In this document: positions 1 through 8,322 of the stretch, in pieces
Layout: every line of letters starts with the position of its first letter
Position numbering within the stretch: the first letter of the stretch is position 1
Origin: Candidatus Hecatellales archaeon
GTDB lineage: Archaea; Thermoproteota; Bathyarchaeia; Hecatellales; Hecatellaceae
Direction of reading: 5' to 3'
NCBI GenBank assembly: GCA_003662485.1
Contig: QMYD01000001.1
Coordinates: forward strand, 1-30,160
DNA length: 30,160 nucleotides
Position numbers and translations under genes: made by a program
The notes under the pieces: model-generated
What the model was told of the DNA's origin: nothing
What the model saw: the letters and a program-made list of their open reading frames with translations, nothing else
Databases searched by the model: none

Positions 1-681
1 CCAGGCGAGCTTTCAGACGCCAAGCGGGTTGCAAGAACACTGGGAATCAAACATTTAATCGTGAAGTTTAACGAGTTGGAGCTGCCAGGCTTCGCTGAGA
101 ATCCTCCAAACCGCTGCTACCTCTGTAAGAAGGCTAGGTTTAAACTGCTCAGGAGGATTGCTGAGGAGAGAGGTTTCAGCACCGTCGCCGATGGAACCAA
201 CATGGATGATGTAGGCGAGTATAGGCCTGGGCTTCAAGCCTTAAAGGAGGAGGAGGTTTACAGCCCCCTTCTCGAAAACCAGCTGGGGAAGAAGGATTCG
301 AGGATGCTGGCTAGATTCCTAAGGCTACCCGTAATGGATAAGCCAGCCGACACCTGCCTCGCAACAAGGTTTCCCTACTACCATAGAATGGACTTGGCTG
401 GTTTAAGGAGGGTGAGGCTTGCTGAAGCCTACCTCAAGCGCAGGTGGGGTCTAAAGCTTGTAAGAGTGAGAAACCATGGAGACCTAGCGAGAATTGAAAT
501 TGAAAGCCGTGAGCTTCCCTCAGTGTTGAGGGAGGAAAGCCTTAGGGAGGCTGCTGGAAGGCTTAGGAGGCTTGGATTTAGGTATGTGACCCTAGACCTC
601 TCCGGCTATCGGAGGGGGGTTTTCGACGAAAACCTGAAAGGGAGAAGGCTTGAAGGAGGTAGGGGGAAGCCGCATGCTTAA
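1..681 (+). CDS. larE: LarE-family ATP-dependent sulfur transferase (PP-loop), 5'-truncated by the window
   Basis: Frame is open from base 1 (PGELSDAKRVARTLGIKHLIV...). Motifs RCYLCKK, DGTNMDD-x-G-E-YRPG, SPL, PADTCLATRFPY, VRVRNHGDLARIE and GFRYVTLDLSGYR are typical of the LarE/TIGR00268 family. Confidence 0.88.
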   Translation, partial: PGELSDAKRVARTLGIKHLIVKFNELELPGFAENPPNRCYLCKKARFKLLRRIAEERGFSTVADGTNMDDVGEYRPGLQALKEEEVYSPLLENQLGKKDSRMLARFLRLPVMDKPADTCLATRFPYYHRMDLAGLRRVRLAEAYLKRRWGLKLVRVRNHGDLARIEIESRELPSVLREESLREAAGRLRRLGFRYVTLDLSGYRRGVFDENLKGRRLEGGRGKPHA

Positions 682-1879
682 CGTTGAGCGGGTGAGGGAG
701 GATTTTCCCCAGCTTAAAGCGGGAATCATATATTTCGATAATGCAGCTAGCAGTTTAACGCCGAAAACCGTAATCGATAAGATGCTTGAATACTATGTGG
801 AGTATCGCTCCAATATTGAAAGGGGGGTTTACAGTCTTTCCCAGAGAGCAAGCGAGGAATATGAGGATGCTAGGAGAACGCTAGCCAAGTTCATAGGAGC
901 AAAAAACCCGGACGAAATAGTTTTCGTCAAAAATACCACGGAGGGGATAAACATTGTAGCCCACGGTTTAACCTTCAACCGTGGAGATAAAATCGTTACA
1001 ACCCTCCTAGAGCATCATTCTAACCTTCTCCCCTGGATGCGTTGCAAGCAGCGCTATGGGGTTAGGGTTGAAATGGTTAAGCCGAGTGGGGAGGGCCTCC
1101 TAGACCCAGCCGAGTTCGAGAAAGCCGTAGACGACAAAACCAAGCTTGTAGCTGTGACGCATGTTTCAAATGTTCTTGGAACCGTGACACCTGTAAGGGA
1201 GATAGCCCAAATAGCCCATGAGCATGGAGCCCTCCTACTGGTGGATGGGGCTCAAGCCGCCCCCCACCTAGAGGTTGACGTGAGAAGGCTTGACTGCGAC
1301 TTCTACGCTCTTTCAGGCCATAAAATGTGTGGGCCAACAGGCTCAGGTGTGTTATACATTAAGGAGGAAGTTAGCGAAGCCTTAGAGCCCTTATATGTGG
1401 GGGGTGGAACCGTTGAATACGTTGACTTGGAAGGCTTCAGACTGCTGAGGGGGCCTGAAAGGTTTGAGGCTGGAACCCCAGCCATAGGGGAGGTAATAGG
1501 GTTGAAGGCAGCCGCCCAATACCTCATAAGCCTTGGGAGGAGGAACATAGAAGCCCACGAGCGTGAGCTTTCAAGAATGGTCTACGAGGGCCTATCCAGC
1601 CTTAAAGGGGTTGAGGTTTACGGTCCAAGCCCAGAGTTCAAGCTTGGGGTTACCTCTTTCAACCTGGCTGGGCTGAACCCTCACGATTTAGCCTCAATCC
1701 TCGACTTGAAGGCTGGCATTGCTGTTCGATCTGGGATGCACTGCGCCCAACCCCTCGTAAGACAGGTGCTGGGGAAGCCTGAAGGAACAGTGCGGTTATC
1801 CCTATACGTTTACAACACGGCTGAAGAGGTGGAAATCTTCCTCTCAACCATGCGGGAGCTAGTCAGGGAAATAGCTTAA
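674..1879 (+). CDS. sufS: Cysteine desulfurase, SufS/group II (PLP-dependent)
   Basis: YFDNAAS, EHHSN, VDGAQ, SGHK (PLP lysine), FEAGTP, RSGMHCAQP (group II catalytic Cys). Start moved to ATG 674 (MLNVERVREDFP), which follows an AGGAGG-like SD and overlaps the larE stop. Confidence 0.93.
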   Translation: MLNVERVREDFPQLKAGIIYFDNAASSLTPKTVIDKMLEYYVEYRSNIERGVYSLSQRASEEYEDARRTLAKFIGAKNPDEIVFVKNTTEGINIVAHGLTFNRGDKIVTTLLEHHSNLLPWMRCKQRYGVRVEMVKPSGEGLLDPAEFEKAVDDKTKLVAVTHVSNVLGTVTPVREIAQIAHEHGALLLVDGAQAAPHLEVDVRRLDCDFYALSGHKMCGPTGSGVLYIKEEVSEALEPLYVGGGTVEYVDLEGFRLLRGPERFEAGTPAIGEVIGLKAAAQYLISLGRRNIEAHERELSRMVYEGLSSLKGVEVYGPSPEFKLGVTSFNLAGLNPHDLASILDLKAGIAVRSGMHCAQPLVRQVLGKPEGTVRLSLYVYNTAEEVEIFLSTMRELVREIA

Positions 1880-2046
1880 CCCCCCGGGGGTTCCTCGATT
1901 TTCCTTGTAAGCTGCCCTATGGTCCTCCCTAACACTTTGCTTCCAAGCTTCATAACGACTAAGGGGTTATCCACAATCTTCCCAACGATGGAGGCTAGAT
2001 GGGAGTGTAGATGATGCCTTATACAGTCCCCTATTACGGCATGTAA
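1876..2046 (-). pseudogene. Possible small gene remnant, 3' end only
   Basis: 56 open codons (LHAVIGDCIRHHLHSHLASIVGKIVDNPLVVMKLGSKVLGRTIGQLTRKIEEPPGG*) with host-like codons. Its TAA overlaps the sufS TAA (shared TTAA). No good start codon. Confidence 0.25.
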
Positions 2047-2100
2047 TCACGCTGAAACATATCTTTCCGGGAAGTTTCAAATACTGTCTTCCAAAGTAGA

Positions 2101-2239
2101 TTTTTGCATGTAAAAATGTATGCAAAAAGTACCTTAATAAAAAGGGGAAAATCTTCCCTCTTTTCCTTAAAAAGGCTTAATTTTCCCTTTTTCTTAGGTT
2201 TTTGCATGGAAAGACTTATATACAATGTATGTGCAAAAA
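2101..2239 (+). promoter_or_regulatory. Promoter with repeated TTTTTGCA/TGCAAAAA inverted-repeat sites upstream of the hypothetical-PadR pair
   Basis: TTTTTGCAT 2101-2109 pairs with ATGCAAAAA 2120-2128. TTTTTGCA 2199-2206 pairs with TGCAAAAA 2232-2239. BRE/TATA-like GAAAGACTTATATA (~2210-2222) lies between the second pair. Confidence 0.55.
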
Positions 2240-2261
2240 TATTTTGGTGGTGTCCTGGGGC

Positions 2262-2720
2262 TTGGTAAAGCTTAGATTTCGTGTGGGGGGTATGGAATTC
2301 GAGAGTGAGGGAAGCATCGACGAGATTAAGGAGCTTATAGCGAAACTAGCGGCTGAGGGATACCGGACGGAGAAGATTTCAGGGGAGAGGGAGAGCCTCA
2401 GAGAGTTTATACCTGACCAGGAAACCCTCGTAAGGTTCATACTTTCGAAGCCGAATTTTGAGCATAACCTCTTCGAGGTAGCTGAACACTTCTTTGGGAG
2501 GAGGATAACCTCCAGCGGCCTCGACGCTCGAAGATATAATGCGCTTTATCGAAGGCTTGAGAGGGCGAGGAAGAAGATTGAGAGGGATTATGGAGGACAT
2601 TTTGAAGCTGTTTGGGCTAGGGGGCGGGGAGGAGAACTATACAAGGTTTTCAGGTTCATTAGGGGTAGACCCCCGCAGAACCTTGAAACCCCCCTCGTAA
2701 ACGGGGATGGAATACTCTAA
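2262..2720 (+). CDS. Hypothetical protein, possibly with a C-terminal winged-helix DNA-binding domain
   Basis: Host-like ORF. Probable TTG start at 2262 (MVKLRFRVGGMEFESEG); ATG 2292 is an alternative. Basic helical C-terminal half followed by a beta-hairpin-like segment. 14 nt upstream of PadR. Confidence 0.65.
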   Translation: MVKLRFRVGGMEFESEGSIDEIKELIAKLAAEGYRTEKISGERESLREFIPDQETLVRFILSKPNFEHNLFEVAEHFFGRRITSSGLDARRYNALYRRLERARKKIERDYGGHFEAVWARGRGGELYKVFRFIRGRPPQNLETPLVNGDGIL

Positions 2721-2734
2721 AGGGGGGAGAAGCC

Positions 2735-3103
2735 ATGAACATCTATGTTAGAAATGTGAGGGAGAGATGTATTAAGAGCTTTCTAGACGTGATCATAGCC
2801 TACCTGCTGGCTGAGAAACCCTCCTGGGGCTACGAGGTGATAGCAAAAATCTATGACAGGCTTCAAATTCTCCTAAGTCCTGGAGTTGTCTACCCCCTGC
2901 TCCACAACATGGAGAAGAAGGGCTTGGTGGAAAGGAGGAGGCTTGAAAGAAAGGAGGTTTACCGTTTAACCTCGCAGGGTAGGCAGTGGCTTAGGGAAAT
3001 GCTGGACGCCGTAGCCTACGAAAACCTAGAATTCCTCTACAGATACCTACACGCCACCACTCATGAAGTAGAGGAAATAAAGGAAAACAGTTTAACCCCC
3101 TAA
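2735..3103 (+). CDS. PadR-family transcriptional regulator
   Basis: WGYEVIAKI...LSPGVVYPLLHNMEKKGLV...RKEVYRLTSQG is the PadR wHTH signature; GGGGGGAG SD upstream. Confidence 0.88.
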   Translation: MNIYVRNVRERCIKSFLDVIIAYLLAEKPSWGYEVIAKIYDRLQILLSPGVVYPLLHNMEKKGLVERRRLERKEVYRLTSQGRQWLREMLDAVAYENLEFLYRYLHATTHEVEEIKENSLTP

Positions 3104-3151
3104 CAAACCCCCTTTTTCCAAGATACGTCGACAAATTCAACACAGTGTTAA

Positions 3152-3163
3152 ATGGGAAAAATT
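3152..3163 (-). terminator. T-rich terminator-like element downstream of rps10
   Basis: Minus-strand AATTTTTCCCAT 12 nt after the stop; an identical 12-mer follows the gene ending at 7014. Confidence 0.45.
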
Positions 3164-3175
3164 TATTCCTGAAGG

Positions 3176-3484
3176 TTACACGAGGCTTATTTCTATGTAG
3201 ACATCGTCTGGCACATGGATTCGCATTATGCGTTTCATGAGTCTCTCGTTGGCTTCAACCTCCATCAGCCGCTTATGGATTCTTAGCTCCCAGCGGTCCC
3301 AGGTGTTGGTTCCCTCACCGCAGGGGCTCTTCCTCGTTGGAATCATGATTCGGCGGGTGGGAAGCGGTATGGGGCCTGAAACCTTAACCCCAACCTTTTC
3401 GGAAATCTCTTTAATTTCCCTGCAAACCTGGTCCAGCTTCTTATGGTCTATGCTGGTAAGCCTGATCCTTGCCTTTTGAGCCAT
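3176..3484 (-). CDS. rps10: 30S ribosomal protein uS10
   Basis: [37 protein letters not shown]. Confidence 0.98.
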   Translation of the reverse strand: MAQKARIRLTSIDHKKLDQVCREIKEISEKVGVKVSGPIPLPTRRIMIPTRKSPCGEGTNTWDRWELRIHKRLMEVEANERLMKRIMRIHVPDDVYIEISLV

Positions 3485-3514
3485 GGCCTACCCATACCGC
3501 CTCCCAAGCTTCTT

Positions 3515-4813
3515 TCAGCCCTTCTGAGTTATCTCCTTAACCACTCCAGCCGCAATGGTGGTTCCCATATCCCGAATGGCAAATCTTCCAAGCTGGGGGA
3601 GTTCAGCGTAGTGTTCAAGCACGATGGGCTTGGCTGGCTGAAACCTAACTACGGCGCTGTCACCTGTCTTTAGGAAGCTTGGGTTCTGCTCTATTACCTC
3701 ACCAGTCCTCGGATTGATCTTCTGCATGAGCTCGGCGAACCTAACCGCCATCTGGGCTGTGTGGGCGTGGAGTACGGGCATGTATCCCTGCGCTATGGAG
3801 GTTGGATGGTAGATGACGATTATCTGGCCTATGAACTCCTTCACCACGGTTGGCGGGCTGTCTGGGTGGCCTGCAACATCCCCCCTGCGCAGGTCTGTTT
3901 TAGAGACTCCCCTAACGTTGAAGCCTATGTTGTCGCCTGGCTCAGCCTTCGGAATCCTCTGATGATGGGTTTCAATGCTTTTAACTTCGCCCTTAACGCC
4001 TGGAGGCATGAAGATAACGGTGTCACCCTCCTTGAGAACGCCGGTTTCAACCCTCCCAACCGGGACGGTGCCAACGCCAGTAATCGTGTAGACGTCTTGA
4101 ACTGGGATGCGTAGAGGCTTATCGATGGGTTTAGGCGGGACTTCAAAGGTGTCTAAGGCTTGAAGCAGCGTAGGCCCCTTCCACCACCCCATCTTCTCGC
4201 TGGGCTTAAGCAGGTTGTCTCCAGTCCAGGCTGAGATGGGAACGACAGGAATCTTCTCAACCTTGAAGCCGATAACCTTAAGGAGGTTTTCAACCTCCTT
4301 CTTGCATTCCTCAAACCTCTCCTGACTCCAGTTCACGGAGGGGTCGTCCATCTTGTTTATGGCTACAGTCAGCTGGTTTACTCCCAACGTCCGAAGGAGG
4401 AAGGCGTGCTCCCTCGTCTGTCCTCCAGGCGAAATTCCAACCTCGAATTCACCTTTCTTCGCTGAGACGACGAGGAGGGCGCAGTCAGCCTGGCTTGCCC
4501 CCGTAATCATGTTTTTGATGAAGTCTCGGTGGCCTGGAGCGTCTATGATGGTGAAGAAGTACTTGTCGGTTTCAAACTTCCAGTAGGCTAGGTCTATGGT
4601 TAAGCCTCTTTCCCGCTCCTCCTTAAGCTTGTCCATGATCCAGGCGAACTTGAAAGTGTCTCCCCTGCCAAGCCTTTCAGATTCTTGGGCGTAGGCTTGA
4701 ATCTCCCTATCGCTGACGGCTCCGGTAAGGTATAGGATGTGGCCCATGCACGTGGACTTCCCATGGTCTACGTGTCCAACTACCACTAGGTTAAGGTGGG
4801 GCTTTTCAGGCAT
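3515..4813 (-). CDS. tuf: Translation elongation factor EF-1 alpha
   Basis: [50 protein letters not shown]. Probable start ATG 4813 (MPEKPHLN). Confidence 0.98.
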   Translation of the reverse strand: MPEKPHLNLVVVGHVDHGKSTCMGHILYLTGAVSDREIQAYAQESERLGRGDTFKFAWIMDKLKEERERGLTIDLAYWKFETDKYFFTIIDAPGHRDFIKNMITGASQADCALLVVSAKKGEFEVGISPGGQTREHAFLLRTLGVNQLTVAINKMDDPSVNWSQERFEECKKEVENLLKVIGFKVEKIPVVPISAWTGDNLLKPSEKMGWWKGPTLLQALDTFEVPPKPIDKPLRIPVQDVYTITGVGTVPVGRVETGVLKEGDTVIFMPPGVKGEVKSIETHHQRIPKAEPGDNIGFNVRGVSKTDLRRGDVAGHPDSPPTVVKEFIGQIIVIYHPTSIAQGYMPVLHAHTAQMAVRFAELMQKINPRTGEVIEQNPSFLKTGDSAVVRFQPAKPIVLEHYAELPQLGRFAIRDMGTTIAAGVVKEITQKG

Positions 4814-4886
4814 ACGGATTTCACTCCCCACAAGTCAAGGCTTTCAAACCTTGCTTTTCCAGAGCATTCCATAGATATTACTACGC

Positions 4887-4922
4887 CATATAAAAGCTTT
4901 CGGAGAAGCCTAAAGCTTAAAT
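4887..4922. promoter_or_regulatory. Divergent tuf / rps7 promoters
   Basis: Minus strand GAAAGCTTTTATAT (BRE+TATA toward tuf); plus strand CTAAAGCTTAAAT (toward rps7). Confidence 0.5.
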
Positions 4923-4970
4923 CCGTTTCCCCCTTCATCTTAGAAGGCGGAAAAGGTTCCGGTGTAGGGC

Positions 4971-5555
4971 TTGAGCGAGAAACTTAAGGAGCCTGAAATA
5001 AAGATCTTAGGGAATTGGAGCTTTGAAGACGTAAAAGTTGAAGACCCAGGACTCGTAAGATACATAAGCCTTAAACCAGTTTTCATCCCCCACTCTGGAG
5101 GACGCCACGAGCATCAGCGCTTCAAAAAGTCTGAGGTAAACATTGTTGAGAGGCTTGTAAACCAGCTTATGAAGCCTGGGAAAAACGCTGGTAAGAAGGC
5201 GAGGGCCATCCAAATCCTCAAAAACGCCTTTGAAATCATCCACTTAAGGACAGGGCAGAACCCCATCCAGGTTCTAGTGAAGGCTATTGAGAATGCAGCC
5301 CCCTGCGAGGATACCACCAGGATAAGCTATGGTGGAATCGTCTACCATGTGGCCGTTGATATGGCGCCCCAGCGTAGAGTTGACTTAGCCCTACGCTGGC
5401 TCACTGAAGGAGCGAGGAAGGCAGCCTTCAACAACCTGAAAACCATAGATGAATGTCTCGCCGACGAGATTATTCTGGCAGCCAATAGGGATAGTCGAAG
5501 CTATGCTGTATCCAGGCGGGATGAGCAGGAGAGGATAGCCTTATCCTCAAGGTAG
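4971..5555 (+). CDS. rps7: 30S ribosomal protein uS7 (inverted relative to the cluster)
   Basis: [38 protein letters not shown]-x-[27 protein letters not shown]; TTG start. Confidence 0.98.
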   Translation: MSEKLKEPEIKILGNWSFEDVKVEDPGLVRYISLKPVFIPHSGGRHEHQRFKKSEVNIVERLVNQLMKPGKNAGKKARAIQILKNAFEIIHLRTGQNPIQVLVKAIENAAPCEDTTRISYGGIVYHVAVDMAPQRRVDLALRWLTEGARKAAFNNLKTIDECLADEIILAANRDSRSYAVSRRDEQERIALSSR

Positions 5556-5567
5556 GGGGTTGAAGGC

Positions 5568-5993
5568 TTAGCGGGTTGGCTTCTGCTTTCTACCCCGTAA
5601 AAGCTCTCTGAGTGAAACCCCATTTACAGCCAGAACCTGGTAGCGTACGCCTGGCAGGTCTCCATAGGCTTTCCCCATGGGGCCTCCAATCCCCCCAATC
5701 AGCACCTCATCATGCTCGTCAATGAAGTTTAAGGCGCCATCCCTAGGGCAGAAGGCCGTAACCACCTTCCCATTTTTGATGAGCTGAACCCTTACGCACT
5801 TCCGCACGGCACTGTTCGGCTGCCTACTCTCAATACCCACTTTCTCTAGTACGATGCCCTTAGCCATGGGGGCTCCTTCAAGCGGGTCAGCCTTAACATC
5901 TAAGCCCAGCATCCTACGCTTATAATGGCGGTCGCTCCACCTAAACTTCTGCCTACGCTTGAGCAAGTTCCTAGCTGCAAACTCTCCAGGCAT
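5568..5993 (-). CDS. rps12: 30S ribosomal protein uS12
   Basis: [41 protein letters not shown]. Confidence 0.98.
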   Translation of the reverse strand: MPGEFAARNLLKRRQKFRWSDRHYKRRMLGLDVKADPLEGAPMAKGIVLEKVGIESRQPNSAVRKCVRVQLIKNGKVVTAFCPRDGALNFIDEHDEVLIGGIGGPMGKAYGDLPGVRYQVLAVNGVSLRELLRGRKQKPTR

Positions 5994-6036
5994 AGGGGCT
6001 CCCCTTCGAGGAGGCTGAAGCCTTCAGCCCTTTCAA

Positions 6037-6939
6037 CTAGCGAAAAGGCTTATTTGAGTTTTTCTCCTCCTCCAGCCAGGGCAGAAGCCCGGCACCCCTT
6101 TCACCCGGAGCTTTAAAGCCCCTTGGAGCTGGAAAGGCGGGTTTGCATTCAATCCTAAACCGGCTGCAGGCCCGCTGGATGAGGCTGGAAAGATTTTCCC
6201 GGTAAGCCCTAGAATTTAGGTTTTCCCTAAGCCTCCCAGCAAGCCCAGGCTTCAACTCCTCTAGGGCAGGGGCTAAGAACTCCAAAACCCACCTCTTCAA
6301 GTTAAGTAGGTCGTAGAGGAGGAGGCTGCAACCCGCGGAGGCCGCTGCCCCCACCACCACTGAAACCGTTTCGGGATCATCATTTACCCCCGGAATTATG
6401 GGGCCGTAGAAGAGCCAGGTTTCAACCCCTAAACGTGAAAGCTTTTCTAGGGCTTTGATTCTGGCTTTGGGTGGTGGGGCTCCAGGCTCGAGGAGGCTTG
6501 CCACCCCCTCATCCAGTGTTGTAACCGTTACTCCCACATCGAAGCCAGCTCTAACAATGGTTTCCCCATCCCTCAGAACTAGGGGGGACTTCGTTTGAAT
6601 GGAGGCCTTAAACCCATAGGCCTCTATAAGCCTTAACGCTTGACCCGTAAGGTTGAGTTTAGCCTCCAAGGGCTGGTAGGGGTCGGTAACCGTTCCAACC
6701 CCTATAAGCCCTTTAGGCCTACGCCTAAGGTCAGCCCTAAGCCTTTCAAGAAGCCCACGCTTAGCTAAGACAAAGCCTCCCCAGTTTTCAGCCATCCTCC
6801 TATCGCCTAAAACAGCCTTCGAATAACAGTATTTACAGCCATGCTCACATCCCACATAAGGGTTTAAAGCATAATCTAGGTCGGGAAGCCCGCTTGGGTA
6901 AAGAGCCCTACGACACCCAGTCCAACCATAAACAGTCAT
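6037..6939 (-). CDS. Radical SAM protein, spore-photoproduct-lyase-like (COG1533 type)
   Basis: LNPYVGCEHGCKYCY (CxxxCxxC), GTVTDPYQPLE, IQTKSPLVLRD, LEPGAPPP-x-x-R, GPIIPGVND. Confidence 0.88.
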   Translation of the reverse strand: MTVYGWTGCRRALYPSGLPDLDYALNPYVGCEHGCKYCYSKAVLGDRRMAENWGGFVLAKRGLLERLRADLRRRPKGLIGVGTVTDPYQPLEAKLNLTGQALRLIEAYGFKASIQTKSPLVLRDGETIVRAGFDVGVTVTTLDEGVASLLEPGAPPPKARIKALEKLSRLGVETWLFYGPIIPGVNDDPETVSVVVGAAASAGCSLLLYDLLNLKRWVLEFLAPALEELKPGLAGRLRENLNSRAYRENLSSLIQRACSRFRIECKPAFPAPRGFKAPGERGAGLLPWLEEEKNSNKPFR

Positions 6940-6986
6940 CCTAAACTAAGAGAGGGAAACCCTACCCATTAAGCCTTCCAAGCTAG

Positions 6987-7010
6987 ATGGGAAAAATTAA
7001 AAATGGGGGA
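6987..7010 (-). terminator. T-rich terminator-like element downstream of the beta-helix gene
   Basis: Minus-strand CCCCCATTTTTAATTTTTCCCAT following the stop at 7014. Confidence 0.5.
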
Positions 7011-7013
7011 TTC

Positions 7014-8264
7014 TTAGGGTTTCACTGGGAAAACCTTTCTTAAAAGCGCCAGTAAGGCAACAATAAGCATTACCACCAGTAGGGTTATTGGAGTTATCAT
7101 CGTCCATATGGTTGGAGTAACTTCACCGCCAACAGCTGGTGGGGTTACCGAAGCCTCATCTGCTCCTATGTCTGGGGCTGCTCCAATAATCCTTGGATCA
7201 CCCTCAAAGTCTGTGGATGGGAGTCCCGGAGGATCTGGAACATTAGCTGTCCCCTTATCAATCACCGGAGAAGTAGCCTTCAAATGGAAGTCATAGCCTG
7301 CAGGATCAACAAGCTGAGGATCAACATTTAGGTTGCTGCCTTCCTCCGTCCAAGAACCCCAAACATCCGAATAATCATTATTGTATGCAATTCTAGAGGT
7401 TACTTCATCATGTATGTATATGTCCTTTCCCGAGGAAGCCTCGTTTGCATAAACTATATTGTTGTAAACATAAGCCGTTTCAGCGAAGCTGATGTAAAGG
7501 CCGCCTCCATTTCCATTCAAAGCCTCATTACCGTAGATCGTATTCCCAATCAAATAAATAATATTTCTGGAACTCCAGCCAACCCAGAGACCTCCACCCT
7601 CAACATTATCTACGTTGCCAGTTGCCTGATTCCATGCAATAATATTATTTCTCACAGTATAATTGCCAAATGGAGTTATTAGTGCTACCCCGCCGCCTCT
7701 GCTAAGATTACGATCGGGGTCTCCCAGCGTCTTATTGTTATAGACTTGGTTGTTTTCTAACGTTATATTTTTATGTGTGTCTACATAAATCCCGCCGCCA
7801 TACCTCTTAGCTGTACTATTTTTCACAATGCAGTTGGTAATTGTGATATTGTAGTATGCCATGGCCGCATAGATTCCTCCACCATTATCTGGTGATTCGC
7901 CATTTTGAATGGTTATCCCGTTGATTACAATGTTTGCTTCCGCCCCAGAACTCCAGTCATACAGCCTTAGTGTGGTGTAGTTGTTTTGTCCGTCTAGGAT
8001 GATTTGGGTGGCTGGGACTCCCGGCTCGTTTGTTATGGTTAGGGACTTATGCTCTGTATCTGGAGGAACATACTTGAAGTTTCCTTTGTAGGTTCCTGCA
8101 GCAAGATATATAATATCATCTTCTCCATTGTTCTCAGCATCGTCTAGGGCGTCCTGGAATTCGGTAGCATTTGTTACGTGGAATTCTGCTGCAAGTGCTG
8201 GCTGCACAGCCACCATCATGCCTAAAAGAAAAGCTAATAGTAGGAGTGTTGCTGAAATCTTCAA
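7014..8264 (-). CDS. Secreted, membrane-anchored right-handed beta-helix (pectin-lyase-like) protein with a choice-of-anchor-Q-like C-terminal domain
   Basis: Signal peptide (…QPALA/AEF). IIYLAAGTY, repeated GGGIY/GGGLY with N-x-x-x-x-N units, NLNVDPQL…DFHLKATSPVIDKG…DFEGDPR…PDIGADE, then PPAVGG + TM helix + RK tail. Visibly AT-richer than the core genes. Confidence 0.85.
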   Translation of the reverse strand: MKISATLLLLAFLLGMMVAVQPALAAEFHVTNATEFQDALDDAENNGEDDIIYLAAGTYKGNFKYVPPDTEHKSLTITNEPGVPATQIILDGQNNYTTLRLYDWSSGAEANIVINGITIQNGESPDNGGGIYAAMAYYNITITNCIVKNSTAKRYGGGIYVDTHKNITLENNQVYNNKTLGDPDRNLSRGGGVALITPFGNYTVRNNIIAWNQATGNVDNVEGGGLWVGWSSRNIIYLIGNTIYGNEALNGNGGGLYISFAETAYVYNNIVYANEASSGKDIYIHDEVTSRIAYNNDYSDVWGSWTEEGSNLNVDPQLVDPAGYDFHLKATSPVIDKGTANVPDPPGLPSTDFEGDPRIIGAAPDIGADEASVTPPAVGGEVTPTIWTMITPITLLVVMLIVALLALLRKVFPVKP

Positions 8265-8302
8265 TTTAAAGCCTCCTAAACGTTTCTTTTCTTCTTCAAA
8301 TC

Positions 8303-8322
8303 TATTAAAAAAATTTTTCGCT
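8303..8322 (-). promoter_or_regulatory. BRE/TATA-like promoter for the beta-helix gene
   Basis: Minus-strand GCGAAAAAATTTTTTAATA upstream; AGGAGG SD before TTG 8264. Confidence 0.5.

Noticed and set aside
1878-1892. AACCCCCCGGGGGTT near-palindrome after sufS
   Set aside because: Short, low-complexity and single-copy; no function can be supported.
2011-2055. ATGATGC…CTGA resembling a C/D box sRNA
   Set aside because: The C box is imperfect, there are no convincing D'/C' boxes, and the terminal stem is weak.
4832-5567. Absence of fusA (EF-2) from the rps12-rps7-tuf cluster
   Set aside because: Normal for crenarchaeal/TACK-type clusters, where EF-2 is encoded elsewhere.
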